Below are positions 38,649 to 49,545 of a stretch of DNA of 56,370 nucleotides, one piece after another. The notes under the pieces are model-generated. The model ran no database searches. It saw only the letters and a program-made list of their open reading frames with translations, and was not told the DNA's origin. Within the stretch, counting starts at the first letter, position 1. Each line of letters starts with the position of its first letter. The translations under genes were made by a program, and so were the position numbers. Origin of the DNA: a virus (taxonomy: Duplodnaviria; Caudoviricetes); IMG/VR virus record IMGVR_UViG_3300032247_001505, positions 1 through 56,370 of that record. The stretch is one strand, 5' to 3'.

Positions 38649-41600
38649 TTAAAATTGAATGTTATCAACATACTCATAGCCTTTCCAGCCACCAGCAGTA
38701 ATAGCAGTTCTGTTTGCATTAATTTGACTATCTGCAGCATCAGTAATAGCATCAATTTGAGCATTTGCAGCACTAGTAGTTACATCAATTGTTGCTTGGG
38801 TTTGATCAACAATAGCATTAACAATATTTTTACCTACATTATTAAAATCAGTAGCTAATTTATTAATAAAACTTTGATAAGTTGTGTTATTTGTTGTATT
38901 TACACCTGTAACTGTTTCCCCCATTGCTTTGTAAACAGCTACCCAATCTATAAAAGCAACATTACCAAGAGTAGTATTAACAGCGGCACCAACACCAGTA
39001 AGTGCAGTACCTGCAGCATTAGTAAGATTGGTACCAATAGTACTAAGTGCCGTACCTGTAGCAGTGCTAATATTAGTGCCTGCAGTACTAAGTGCTGTAC
39101 TAATATTAGTGCCTGCAGTAGTAAGTGCTGTACTTGTATCGGTACTTAATTTAGTAGTTGATGCAGTAATATAGTCTATAATATCTTCAGCTGTATTATT
39201 GTATAATTCAATATCGTTTTGCTTATAAGTTGATAAAGCACTACTAATACCAGTGCTAACAGTACCAAGCGCTGTACTAATATTACTGCCTGCAGTAGTA
39301 AGTGCTGTACCTGTAGCAGTGCTAATATTAGTGCCTGCAGTAGTAAGTGCTGTACCTGTGGCACCGCTAATATTAGTGCCTGCAGTAGTAAGTGCTGTAC
39401 CTGTAGCAGTACTAATATTATTACCTGCAGTAGTAAGTGCTGTACCTGTAGCAGTGCTTAATTTATTAGTTGATGTATTTAAATCATTAATTGATGTACT
39501 AAGTGCTTGTATATCTGTGTTAGTAACGTTAGTGTTAGGTGTATTGCCAGTAGGTGAGCTAATTCCTAACGTTGCTTTAATTTGTGCAAGTGTGCCTGAT
39601 TCTATACCACCAACTGCAGCAGTTGCATATGGTGTATATTTTTCATATGTAGTTAATGCAGATTGAAGTCCTGCTTTCATCTGTTCTGAAGGAGGACCTA
39701 CATAATTTTTATAATTTGCAAAAGCTTCAGCAAGTGCAGTGCTTGCATTTCTAAGTAAAACATCTTTACTAGTATTAGGTGAGGCTATTTTAAGAATTTC
39801 TTCTAATGTCTCTGTAGAAATTAATGCTGTACCTGATTCTCTTTTATCATATAGCTTTAAAAAATTACTAAGTCCAGTTGTAAGGTTAGTAAGGCTTAGT
39901 TGTAATTCTTCTTGAGTAAAGTCCATAGGCCTGTTATAAGCCTGCATATAAGTATTAAGCAAATTTGGCAATGCACTATTAGCAGAACTAAATGCTATAC
40001 CATTGCTAGTAGTAGCAGTATTACCAGTATTACCAGTATTACCAGTATTACCAGTAGTAGTTTTTGGATGAATAATATCCTCTATTAATTGATCTATTTT
40101 ATTTCGTTCTGTAACTGCATCATTATATTCCTTCATTAATTCAGCAGTTGTTTTACTAGACTCCTCAATACTTTGTAGATAACTTTCACTAGTTTGTAGT
40201 GTAGTTAACTGTTTTTCAGCATCAGTTTTTTGAGTACTAAATGTTTTAGTTAAGTCATCAATAATACCTGTAACAGTTCCAAAGTCTTTAGTATAATCTG
40301 CACCACTAGCATACATTTCTCTGGAAAGTCCTAAGAACTTATCAGTTGCACCAGTTAGCTTACCAAAAGCAGCGTCTCTTTCTGCTTGAGTTTTACCAGT
40401 ATCTTTAATAATAGCAACTAAACTCTCTACTTGTGATTTTGCAGCAGCATATTGTTCACTAACAGTAAGAGTAGTATTGGCTCCTGACATTAGTGAAGTT
40501 TTATAGTCGCTTAGAGTAGTAAGTTGAGTAGTAAGTGTTTTTACAGTATTTTGTAAGCTAGTTTGATAAGCTTTAGCTGCTTTTTGTGCATCCTGATAAG
40601 CATATACTTGACGCTGATAAACTTTATTGCTTTCGTCTAGTGAAGCAATTTGTTTTTCACGTAGTTGTAGTTCAGTTTTAGTTAACTCATCAAATTTATC
40701 TGTTAAGGTTTTTCGTTCATCAGCAATCTTTTCTGCATTTTTATAAATAATATCTATTGAGTCTAAGACTTTTTGTAGTGCAGCTGCGGCTTCTGGACTA
40801 CTAGTACTTAATGATTTAAATAAGTCAAAGAAGTCTTGTCTGGTTTTGGGCAGTGCTAGTCCGTACTTGTCTAATACATCAGTAACTTTTTTAGTTTCTA
40901 CGCTTAATTTGGCGGAATCACTTGTAAAACTATCATATAGTTTATTGATACTATCAGCAAACTTGTCAGTACCACCTGCGGCAATTATAGTTTTTTCAGT
41001 TAAAAAGTCTTGACTTATGCCTAGGTCAACTAGTTTATCACGTAGCGTGTCTAGTTTTGTGTATAGATCAAGTATATCACTGGCGCTACCATCAGCATTT
41101 TCAATAACCTGTTTAATAAGTGTTTGAGTCTCTGTGGCTAGTATAGATTGACGTGCAATTTCACCACCAATATCACCCTGCTTATTAATAATATCTCTGT
41201 AATTAATAGCCTTAATACCAAGCATTTCAAGACCAGTAGTAGCGCTTTCTACTCCATAAACTACTCTGCTTAATGTAGTTCCTAGTCCCTCACCTACTCT
41301 AGCAAATTCTACAATCTGTGGATAAGTTTTTTCTACTAATAAGTCTAGTTGTTGTCCAACAACTGCTTCAAAACGTTTTTGCTGTTCTTCAGCAGTTAAA
41401 CCTTGCAAGTCAATTTTTCCTAAATCAATAACAAAATTATTTACTTTGTCTGTTATTGAATTAGTATCTTGACCTAGTATTTTACTACCACTAATTAGTA
41501 CATCACCTACACTAGTAAATACTGCAGTAAGATCTCGTTTAACGTTATCATCCAATGCACTAAACTGAGTAGCATAACTGGAACTATAAGCTATACCAAA

Positions 41601-44600
41601 AGCCCTCTTTTTTGTTACTGTGTCAGCATAGAATTGGCCTTGGAAGCCTTGTTGTTTAATATCTTGCAGTGATTGAGGTCCTGCTTGAATACCCTGTGCA
41701 TTAACATAGGTAGTGCTTTTAAATGCCTTACTAAGTGCAGCACCAATAGCTACTCCAATAACTGGTACTGCTATTCCTAGTGCTCCACTAAGAGCACCTA
41801 ATCCAATAGAACTAAGTCCACCAGTCATGGCTGCATAGGTTCCTAGGCCAAGACTACTTGCAGCAAGCCCACCACCTGCTGCACCTAATAAGGTACCTGC
41901 AGTTCCAAATGTTGATGAATTACCTGTTTGAACTCCTACTTTACCAGTAGCAATATCACCTGCACCTAAAGATCTCGACAAACTTACGCCTAAATTTGCA
42001 ATATTATAGTCAATATTACGCAAATGTTTTAGCATTTCACTGCTATTACGCATTAGGATAGGATCACTTTTGCTTAAAATCTCTACTGATTTACTAACTG
42101 TTTCACTAGGCTTATTTACATCTCCAAGAGTAGTACCGGAGCCAGTATTTTGAGAACCACCACTAAATCCTGGACCACTACCACCAATTTTTGCTAATAT
42201 TGTTCCAACAGCTGCAGCAACAACTGCACCTGCAACTAAACTAGCTGGAAATGGTAAGCTTGACATTGCTTTAAGAATAGCTGCACCAGCACTAACTTCT
42301 GCTTCAGCAGTTGTTGCTGCAGCTCTTGTAGCACTATTAGCTACAGAAGCAGTAGTAGCAGCTGTATCAGTAAACATTTTTTGTATATCTAAGGCTATTT
42401 TAGCTATTGCTAAACCTTTTTCTAATACAGCAAAAGCTTTATAAGCTGCTGTTTTTTCACCAAATAGTTTTTTAACTGAACCTATTTGAGCAGCATTATA
42501 AGCCAATTCATTTCTGGTATTCTTTTGTTTGTCATTTGCTATTTTATTCTCTAACGCCTGTTCTTCTTTTTTACTTGCAGCTACTGAACCTTGGTCGTCT
42601 TCGCCAATCTTTTCTAATTCAATAGTACGTTTTTTAATTGTATTTAACTTTTCTTGATCTAACTTTTGTTGTTTACCAAAATTTTCTTGAGCTACTGTTG
42701 CTTCGCCAAATTTAGTAACTATGTCACCTAGATTATCACCAATCTTTTTAAATTTATCGCCAAAAAGTCCAAACGTATCTTTTAAGCTTGTAGATAAGTT
42801 ATTGGCAGTTAGTAAATATTCATTTTGCCTAGCTTGCTCAAGTGATTGCTCTTTTTGAATACCTAATGTTTCACGTCTTGTTTGTAGCTGTGATTGTAGC
42901 CCGGCAATTGCATTACTAGTTAAAGTGGCTTGACGTTCTAGTTCAGTAGTTTCGTCTTTTAGGAATTTTGCTTTTTCAGCTGGATCTTTTACACTTTCAA
43001 CTTTTGCTTTTGATATGGCGCGTTTATCTGCTAGAGCTGCTTCAGCTTGCGCAATTTGAGCAAGTGTAGATTGTTCAGCTTTTCTTATGTCTAGGCCAGC
43101 TTGTTGCTCAATAACATACCTGTCATTAGCATTAGCAAGACTTTTAACCACATCTAGACGAGCTTGTTCAAGATCAAGCGCATTAGCTGCTAAGGTATTT
43201 TGTAGCTGTGCATTTGATGCACGAACTTCAGAAGCTTTAGTAATCTTTTCAATTTCTGTTTGAACAGCTTGTTGCTCTTTAGTAATGCCTAAGATTTTTT
43301 CGCGTGTGTCTTTGTCTATACCTAGCTTAGTCAAATTATCAGCACTTAATTTTTCTTGACGTGCTAGTTCCTTAGTAATTGACTGTCTGTTTACAGTATC
43401 ATCTTTAGCAAGAGCTGATAATTTTAATTCAGCATCTTCACGTTTTCCAACTATACTAGAAATTTCTTCTGCTGATTTGCTTCTATAATCATTTTGAATT
43501 TTTTCAAGTTCATTAGCATTTTGTAAGCTATTTGTATACTCTTTGGAATTTTCAAACAAAGACTGATAACTAGAGATTTGTGCACCCTTAATCTCAGTTT
43601 CTGCGTTGAGTCTGGCATTAGTAACTTCTCGTTGTGATTTTTCAACTTCGCGAATTTTGCTACGAGTATCTAATTCTATTGTTAATAATTTTTGACGATC
43701 TTGAATAGCTTTTAAGTCTTTTTCAGCCTGTTGTTTTTCTTTTGTTAATTCAACAATTTGACCTATAGCATTAATCTCATCTCCATTACGAGTAGCTTGA
43801 GCTTTTTGTAATGCAGCATCAAGTCCTTTTGTTTCTTGTAATTGTTTATTTTCTAGTACTCTATTACTTAATTCAATTTCTGCTTCTACAGTAGCTTTGT
43901 CGTTAATACCTGCAATACTCTGACCAACTGTAAATTGCTGTTCTTTAAGCTGAGTAATTTGACCTTCTATAGTTAGTCGCCTTTGATCATCCTCTAACCG
44001 TCCACTAATTTTTGCAAATTCTGTACCTTTTGCAGCAACTGTTTTACCTGTATTAACATCTGCCATAGCTTGTTGCATAGCAGCATATCTAGGCTGAGCT
44101 TGCATAACTCTTAGCCGCGCATATCTTTGTTCGCCTTCAGTAAGCGGATTTTCATTATTCATAGCAGCAATAGCAGCTCTAGATAATCCACCTTTAAAGT
44201 CTGGTATACCAGATTTTGTTTTTTCTTCTAGCGTGGCTCTAAATGCTCTAATTCCACCTAACTGATCTCGTAAATCATTTATGTATTTTTCGCCTTTTCC
44301 TTCGCGTACAGCAGTATCAAGTGCTGTTGCAGCACTATTTTCTTCAATAGCTGCTATTAGTCTATCTTGATTTAACATTAAATCAATATTAGTTTTAATA
44401 GTCTTGGCTCTAATATCTAACTCTTGCTGTGCAAGTTTGCCCTCTTCTACGGCTTTACGTTCACCGGTCAATCCTTGAGCACTTGCTCTGGCAATTTTAA
44501 CTGCATTTAATTCAGCACCATTTTTAAGTGCAGCTTCAATAAGTCTAGTACCTTCTTTAAAAGCTTCGCCAACACCTAGATTAAATACTCTCTCAGCCTC

Positions 44601-47351
44601 TTTAAAACTTTTACTATCTGCAGTGATTTTTATTTGCTCTTCTAAAGTTTTCTTTGATTCGTATAAGGTTGCAACTTTTTCACCTGCAAGTCCTGATATA
44701 CTTGCACGATTTAATGTACCACTATCAAAAGCTTCTTTATTACGTTTATAAGTATTAGTTTCTTGAAACTTTTCAAGATCTTTATTTACTTCTTGCAACC
44801 CACCTTGATATGCTTTAAGCATTTTACTATCTTCAGCAAGAGCATCTTTTACTTTAAGTAGTTCGCCAGTAAATTTAGGGCCAAAAAATGCTATTTTTGC
44901 AGGAGATTGAGCAAGCTCATTCATTGCAGATGCTACACCTAAGATACCATTATCTTTTAGGTCAAGCATTGCTACAGCTAAATTATTAACATTTTCGCCT
45001 AGTTTAAATAAGGGATCTGAACTAGCTACACTAATTAAATAGTCTTGATAAGATTTAGTTGTACTATCTAAAGTACTTTTAAATTTTTGTAATCTGCTAT
45101 CTATATTACTTAAAGTACGAGCAAGTTCTAGTAGTTTATCTATAGTAGGTTGTGTACCATCTATACCTACTTTTAATATTGCTTCTTTTAAACTATCAAA
45201 AGTAATACCACTTATACCTAATGTTGATTTTATTTCATTACGAGCTTGATCACCTAATCCGGCACTATCTAGTATTCTAAAGCCGCTCATTATTTGATTT
45301 GCCAGAGTTCTAGCTAAAGTTTCGTCAAGACCTCCACCAGCAGCACTAGCTATATTATCTTTTAAAGTTTCCCACCAACCCATAGTTGCTTTAGCATCCA
45401 CAGCTTTTTTAGCAGCATCTTCTGCAGATCTAGCTAATTCTTGAAACGCATTAGCTAAAGCATTAACGCCTTTAATACTCATTGGATTACCAGCACTAGT
45501 TTTATATAATATATCTATAGTTCTAGTAACATTTGCAACGGATTCTTCTGCGGAATCTATAGCACTGCTATAATCCGACATTTGTTTAGCATTTTTACTA
45601 AATATGGTATCTAGTATTGTAAAAACAGTAAATACTGCACCTATTACTCCTAAAGCTGCATTTACAGCGGTTCCAAAAGCACTAGCTGCTCCTGCAAGTA
45701 TACCAAAAGCACCACGAATTCTAAGCATACCTCTTTCAAGTCTATCAAACTTTTGTGGTGATTCAGCAATTTCAGTGTTTAGTAATCTCCAACCATCCAT
45801 AATACCAACTAAACTAGCTTGTTGACTTGCATTGCTAATAATACGTGCTTTTTCTGCATTTTTTTCCGCAGCTTCGGCTGCTCGAAGATTTGCACCATAA
45901 ACACTAAAACTACTATTTCTTTCAGCGGTAATGTCTGCTGTATTTTTTTCTACTGCTTTAGTATAATCTTCATTTGCTGCTTTAGCATCGATAATAGACT
46001 GTTTAACATCTAACCAGCCCTGTTTTTCTGCAGGATTTTTTGCACGATCAGCTTTCTTTTGAAAATAGGCTAAATCTTTATCATTAATATCCTCAAGATC
46101 TTTTGCTAAAATATCTTTGCCTTTTTTTAACTTGACTAAACCAGCATCTTTAAGATCTTGTAGTCTTTTTTCCGCAGCAACTAATTTATCTACTTCGGCA
46201 CTAGCTCTATCATCTGCTGCTTTTTTAATACTTTCTGTTTGTTGCAACTTAGCTAAATCTGCAGCTGCAGCTTTATCTATTTTAGTTTGTAAAGCAGTAG
46301 CAGCGGTATCAGCTAAACCTTGTTTAAATTGTCCTAGTGCTGGTAATGCTTGTTTAACAAGTGCTACTCCTAATGCTCCCACAGCAACTGTTAAAGCCAT
46401 GGGGCTTTCTGATAATAGTTTTACTATAGGGCCTAGTACCTTATTAACTCCCTCTAAACCTTTTTGTGCTAAATTTTCTAGCGAAGATTTTAGCTTATCA
46501 TAGGGGTTTACATTTACAGCATCACCAAGTGCTGCAAATTTTTCTTCGCCTTCTTTAATTACTGCATTAGTAAATGCTTGACGTTTTTCAAAATCAGTAA
46601 GAGAACTAACACTTTTACCAATACTTCTAGCATAAGCTTCTGTGGCTGGTCCAATTTTAGTAAAAATACCCAATTCATCCAGCAATTCAGGTTCTAATTT
46701 TGTAACACCTCTACTTAAACGACTTAATGCATCAGGCATACTAATACCCAAGCTTAAGCTAGCATTTTTAGCTACCATAGCTAAACGCTCAATATCTTTA
46801 CTAGCAATACCTGCACTACTTGCCTGTGCTACAGCCTGCATACTATCGCGTAAATTAATTGCTCCATCTGTTAGTGTAACAATATTTTTAGCCACTGTAC
46901 CTAAATTTTTACCACTGCTAGCGCCTAATTGATCTAAACTTTTGATCATATTAGTAGTATTCATGGCGCTACTAAGCGCACTAAATGCGGCACTAACAGC
47001 AAACACGTTAGCGGCATATGTTGCATACAGACGAACTAATCCACCCAAACCTTGGGATTCTTTAGCAAAGTCTCTAGCAGCTGCACCAGTTCCAGCACCA
47101 GTAGCACGTAGTGTACCATAAGTACTACCACTCATCATGCTATCTGCAACTGCACGACTACCAGCAGTACCGCCAGGAGCAGAAGTACTAGCTCTTGGAG
47201 CAGGTGCACTAGCAGTGGACATAGTAGCTGCAGCCTGTTGTTGTGCAGCTTTTAAGCTCTTAATAAGCGCTTCAATGTTTTTAATAACATTCGCGGTAGA
47301 GCCATTATCGGTAACTTCTACATTATGCGTAGTTGTATTCTGTGTAGACAT
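38649..47351 (-). CDS. tail tape measure protein (~2900 aa)
   Basis: T5 pb2-like N-terminus (RDFAKESQGLGGLVRLYATYAANVFAV), long Ala/Gln/Lys-rich helical body, TM segments; likely ATG at 47351 after GGAG. Confidence 0.9.
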   Translation of the reverse strand: MSTQNTTTHNVEVTDNGSTANVIKNIEALIKSLKAAQQQAAATMSTASAPAPRASTSAPGGTAGSRAVADSMMSGSTYGTLRATGAGTGAAARDFAKESQGLGGLVRLYATYAANVFAVSAAFSALSSAMNTTNMIKSLDQLGASSGKNLGTVAKNIVTLTDGAINLRDSMQAVAQASSAGIASKDIERLAMVAKNASLSLGISMPDALSRLSRGVTKLEPELLDELGIFTKIGPATEAYARSIGKSVSSLTDFEKRQAFTNAVIKEGEEKFAALGDAVNVNPYDKLKSSLENLAQKGLEGVNKVLGPIVKLLSESPMALTVAVGALGVALVKQALPALGQFKQGLADTAATALQTKIDKAAAADLAKLQQTESIKKAADDRASAEVDKLVAAEKRLQDLKDAGLVKLKKGKDILAKDLEDINDKDLAYFQKKADRAKNPAEKQGWLDVKQSIIDAKAANEDYTKAVEKNTADITAERNSSFSVYGANLRAAEAAEKNAEKARIISNASQQASLVGIMDGWRLLNTEIAESPQKFDRLERGMLRIRGAFGILAGAASAFGTAVNAALGVIGAVFTVFTILDTIFSKNAKQMSDYSSAIDSAEESVANVTRTIDILYKTSAGNPMSIKGVNALANAFQELARSAEDAAKKAVDAKATMGWWETLKDNIASAAGGGLDETLARTLANQIMSGFRILDSAGLGDQARNEIKSTLGISGITFDSLKEAILKVGIDGTQPTIDKLLELARTLSNIDSRLQKFKSTLDSTTKSYQDYLISVASSDPLFKLGENVNNLAVAMLDLKDNGILGVASAMNELAQSPAKIAFFGPKFTGELLKVKDALAEDSKMLKAYQGGLQEVNKDLEKFQETNTYKRNKEAFDSGTLNRASISGLAGEKVATLYESKKTLEEQIKITADSKSFKEAERVFNLGVGEAFKEGTRLIEAALKNGAELNAVKIARASAQGLTGERKAVEEGKLAQQELDIRAKTIKTNIDLMLNQDRLIAAIEENSAATALDTAVREGKGEKYINDLRDQLGGIRAFRATLEEKTKSGIPDFKGGLSRAAIAAMNNENPLTEGEQRYARLRVMQAQPRYAAMQQAMADVNTGKTVAAKGTEFAKISGRLEDDQRRLTIEGQITQLKEQQFTVGQSIAGINDKATVEAEIELSNRVLENKQLQETKGLDAALQKAQATRNGDEINAIGQIVELTKEKQQAEKDLKAIQDRQKLLTIELDTRSKIREVEKSQREVTNARLNAETEIKGAQISSYQSLFENSKEYTNSLQNANELEKIQNDYRSKSAEEISSIVGKREDAELKLSALAKDDTVNRQSITKELARQEKLSADNLTKLGIDKDTREKILGITKEQQAVQTEIEKITKASEVRASNAQLQNTLAANALDLEQARLDVVKSLANANDRYVIEQQAGLDIRKAEQSTLAQIAQAEAALADKRAISKAKVESVKDPAEKAKFLKDETTELERQATLTSNAIAGLQSQLQTRRETLGIQKEQSLEQARQNEYLLTANNLSTSLKDTFGLFGDKFKKIGDNLGDIVTKFGEATVAQENFGKQQKLDQEKLNTIKKRTIELEKIGEDDQGSVAASKKEEQALENKIANDKQKNTRNELAYNAAQIGSVKKLFGEKTAAYKAFAVLEKGLAIAKIALDIQKMFTDTAATTASVANSATRAAATTAEAEVSAGAAILKAMSSLPFPASLVAGAVVAAAVGTILAKIGGSGPGFSGGSQNTGSGTTLGDVNKPSETVSKSVEILSKSDPILMRNSSEMLKHLRNIDYNIANLGVSLSRSLGAGDIATGKVGVQTGNSSTFGTAGTLLGAAGGGLAASSLGLGTYAAMTGGLSSIGLGALSGALGIAVPVIGVAIGAALSKAFKSTTYVNAQGIQAGPQSLQDIKQQGFQGQFYADTVTKKRAFGIAYSSSYATQFSALDDNVKRDLTAVFTSVGDVLISGSKILGQDTNSITDKVNNFVIDLGKIDLQGLTAEEQQKRFEAVVGQQLDLLVEKTYPQIVEFARVGEGLGTTLSRVVYGVESATTGLEMLGIKAINYRDIINKQGDIGGEIARQSILATETQTLIKQVIENADGSASDILDLYTKLDTLRDKLVDLGISQDFLTEKTIIAAGGTDKFADSINKLYDSFTSDSAKLSVETKKVTDVLDKYGLALPKTRQDFFDLFKSLSTSSPEAAAALQKVLDSIDIIYKNAEKIADERKTLTDKFDELTKTELQLREKQIASLDESNKVYQRQVYAYQDAQKAAKAYQTSLQNTVKTLTTQLTTLSDYKTSLMSGANTTLTVSEQYAAAKSQVESLVAIIKDTGKTQAERDAAFGKLTGATDKFLGLSREMYASGADYTKDFGTVTGIIDDLTKTFSTQKTDAEKQLTTLQTSESYLQSIEESSKTTAELMKEYNDAVTERNKIDQLIEDIIHPKTTTGNTGNTGNTGNTATTSNGIAFSSANSALPNLLNTYMQAYNRPMDFTQEELQLSLTNLTTGLSNFLKLYDKRESGTALISTETLEEILKIASPNTSKDVLLRNASTALAEAFANYKNYVGPPSEQMKAGLQSALTTYEKYTPYATAAVGGIESGTLAQIKATLGISSPTGNTPNTNVTNTDIQALSTSINDLNTSTNKLSTATGTALTTAGNNISTATGTALTTAGTNISGATGTALTTAGTNISTATGTALTTAGSNISTALGTVSTGISSALSTYKQNDIELYNNTAEDIIDYITASTTKLSTDTSTALTTAGTNISTALSTAGTNISTATGTALSTIGTNLTNAAGTALTGVGAAVNTTLGNVAFIDWVAVYKAMGETVTGVNTTNNTTYQSFINKLATDFNNVGKNIVNAIVDQTQATIDVTTSAANAQIDAITDAADSQINANRTAITAGGWKGYEYVDNIQF
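39277..39456. repeat. four tandem 45-bp in-frame repeats (ISTATGTALTTAGTN-type) in the tape measure C-terminus; degenerate copies at ~39000-39135
   Basis: Units start at 39277, 39322, 39367 and 39412. Confidence 0.9.
40020..40055. repeat. 9-bp tandem repeat x4 (ATTACCAGT; encodes TGN)
   Basis: Read directly from the sequence. Confidence 0.9.
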
Positions 47352-47415
47352 TACATCTCCTAGTATCAACTCAGTCTGCATTAAAAATTTTTAAGGCAGT
47401 TTTACTTTAAACACG

Positions 47416-47444
47416 ATTATAACACAGGGGCAACAACTTGTCAA
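47416..47444 (-). promoter_or_regulatory. consensus sigma70 promoter for the tape measure/tail tip operon
   Basis: Minus strand TTGACA-17 nt-TATAAT with TG extension. Confidence 0.88.
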
Positions 47445-47463
47445 CTATAAAATTTACAGCAAT

Positions 47464-47500
47464 AAAAAAGCCCTAGTACAAAATATACTAGGGCTTTTTT
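47464..47500 (-). terminator. intrinsic terminator
   Basis: AAAAAAGCCCTAGTA / TACTAGGGCTTTTTT inverted repeat over the chaperone stop. Confidence 0.85.
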
Positions 47501-47877
47501 TCGGTTTTTGCTTTTAGCTTTTCACTAATAATTTTTGCACGACAAGCATCCATTTCTTGTATAAATTGCAGTGCTAATAAATGCTCACACTGTTCAAAAT
47601 TATACAAGTCTAGTAGTTTAAATAGCAGACTGTAGTCTTTACCTAGGTAATTACCATTCATAGTATCCCAAATATCAGCTAGTGTTCTGTATATAATAAA
47701 ACATTGCACTACTAAATCAGGAAAGTCTTCTATTTCTACTGGAATATTCTCATCACTTGGTTGCTCGCCAAGCATTTCGCACATTTCAAAATACTGTTCT
47801 TTGGTTACACCAACATCGCTATTTTGAAAATAATTATTAATGTTGCTGTTAATCTCCGTTACTTGTTCGTGGAAAAG
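47488..47877 (-). CDS. tail assembly chaperone, frameshift extension (gpGT-like, ~260 aa fused product)
   Basis: The -1 frame is open from the slippery site (LFHEQVTEINS...YFEMCEMLG) into the 98-aa ORF. Confidence 0.8.
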   Translation of the reverse strand, partial: LFHEQVTEINSNINNYFQNSDVGVTKEQYFEMCEMLGEQPSDENIPVEIEDFPDLVVQCFIIYRTLADIWDTMNGNYLGKDYSLLFKLLDLYNFEQCEHLLALQFIQEMDACRAKIISEKLKAKTEKKP

Positions 47878-48269
47878 TTTCCCAAGTCTGTTACCTGTTC
47901 GCTAACAAACGCATCAAAGTTTGTGGAATTTTTCATTAGCTGCAGAGCGTTTTCTTCGTTGTACTCAAGCTCTGCTTCCAAGTCTTGGCCTGTAGTGTCA
48001 ATAGGCACTAATTGCTCAACATACTTTAGTTTAAGGCCTGACCAACCTTTAATACTAGCTTTTACATATAGCTCTAAGAAAAGGTCATCATTGAGTTCGT
48101 CAACTGGTTGACGATTTTTAAAAGTGGTTTTAGTAGCTTTTTTACGAATTGATTGTAGAGTTTCACGAGATAGGAAAGCTAGCTGAATTTTAAACTCAGG
48201 CATTCCTGGATACTCAACTTCAAGTGGCTTTGAAGGTACTAGTAGTTTTTTTAGTGAAAATGTGGACAT
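47859..48269 (-). CDS. tail assembly chaperone (gpG-like)
   Basis: Between tail tube and tape measure; IKGWSGL motif; ends DLGNF. Confidence 0.85.
   Translation of the reverse strand: MSTFSLKKLLVPSKPLEVEYPGMPEFKIQLAFLSRETLQSIRKKATKTTFKNRQPVDELNDDLFLELYVKASIKGWSGLKLKYVEQLVPIDTTGQDLEAELEYNEENALQLMKNSTNFDAFVSEQVTDLGNFSTNK
47877..47883 (-). other. programmed -1 frameshift site G GGA AAC
   Basis: In-frame X XXY YYZ heptamer near the end of the gpG-like gene. Confidence 0.85.
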
Positions 48270-48292
48270 AATTACCTATTTTGTTTAAAGGT

Positions 48293-48312
48293 GCCGGGCA
48301 CTAGTGCCCGGC
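48293..48312 (-). terminator. GC-rich hairpin after the tail tube gene (weak terminator or mRNA stabiliser)
   Basis: Perfect 20-bp palindrome GCCGGGCACTAGTGCCCGGC; only a short U tract. Confidence 0.6.
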
Positions 48313-48330
48313 GATTGTTTTACTGTTTAA

Positions 48331-49545
48331 TTAAACTTGTTTATCAGCAACGTAGTAGCGAATTTCGATTTCGTTGTTTGAACCAATATCAAACTCAGTA
48401 CCAGTTCTGCCTTGTGCAGTAAATCCAATTGTTGTGGAGATAACTTGCTCAGTAGCTACGGTTGGAACCTGTAGTACGCAAGCTGGCATTACTAGGTCAA
48501 CTCTGGTAGGCGTTGAAGCACTGCCGCCCATGCTTAGTTTTACGTTGAATGAAGGATCTACTTTCGTAAGGCTCTTAGTTAAAATTGAATTTAACAAAGC
48601 TGTAGCACTGCCACTGCCAGTACGTAGGTAAGCATTAATTGAGCCGCTAATTGCACGAGTACCTGTAAAATATGTAATTGGCCTATTAACAACACCTAAG
48701 TTAGCTGGTGTTAAGTAGGTTACATTATTTGACATTGTTAATGAACCACCGGTTAGGGCAATTGAATAACTAGTGCTAGAACCACTAATATCTTCAAACA
48801 GTGTTAGTGTACTTAGTTTATTAGCCAAGTAAGGAGCATCTACTACTTTCTTAAGTGCGTTTCCAATAAAGATTGTGTTACTACTACCAGCAGCACTAGC
48901 TGCAACTGTAGTACCAGTACTATCTGTAAGTGTAGTTTTATCAAATTGACGAATATTACTTGCTTTACCAGCCCACTGAATTGCAGCAATAGTATCTAAA
49001 CCAAAATCAATTGTAGCTGAATCCATAACACAGTTATCGATCACAAAGGTAGCGTCATCAAAACAGATGATCAGGCCAAATGGTAGCAATTGATTTCTAT
49101 TTGAGTTATTTAGTGCCACAGTAGCAGGTCCAGCACTAGAACCGCTAACTAGTGTGCTAGCACTCCATGCAGCACCTGCAGCACCAATATCACCATAACC
49201 AAACATTGCGTTCCACAAAACTTTTTCTTCAGCATCAACGTTTACACTTCCACTAGCACTTACAATGTCACGTGGACGGATATAAGTACTAAAGCTAAAG
49301 TCTACTGGTTCTAGTGCTGTGTTAAAGTTACGTTGACCGCGGTTTGGTTCGATACCAGCTTCATTTAGTGTAACTGTTTCTGTAGTAGTATTTTGACTAA
49401 AGCTTAAGCCATCTAGTACTTGAATTTCAAAAGTTTCGCTGTCACTGAAATCAGTTAGTGCGCCAATACCTGAAGTTACAACGCCATAAGTATCCACTTT
49501 TCTAGTAAAGAACACCCTGGCGTTACGAATTAGATTAAATGCCAT
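48331..49545 (-). CDS. major tail tube protein (T5 pb6-like)
   Basis: LIRNARVF, EIQVLDGLSFSQ, FSFSTYIRP, FTGTRAISGS; synteny. Confidence 0.88.
   Translation of the reverse strand: MAFNLIRNARVFFTRKVDTYGVVTSGIGALTDFSDSETFEIQVLDGLSFSQNTTTETVTLNEAGIEPNRGQRNFNTALEPVDFSFSTYIRPRDIVSASGSVNVDAEEKVLWNAMFGYGDIGAAGAAWSASTLVSGSSAGPATVALNNSNRNQLLPFGLIICFDDATFVIDNCVMDSATIDFGLDTIAAIQWAGKASNIRQFDKTTLTDSTGTTVAASAAGSSNTIFIGNALKKVVDAPYLANKLSTLTLFEDISGSSTSYSIALTGGSLTMSNNVTYLTPANLGVVNRPITYFTGTRAISGSINAYLRTGSGSATALLNSILTKSLTKVDPSFNVKLSMGGSASTPTRVDLVMPACVLQVPTVATEQVISTTIGFTAQGRTGTEFDIGSNNEIEIRYYVADKQV

Noticed and set aside
39000-39456. 45-bp repeats as a CRISPR array
   Set aside because: Units are directly tandem with no unique spacers, are multiples of 3 and lie in frame in the tape measure gene; no cas genes
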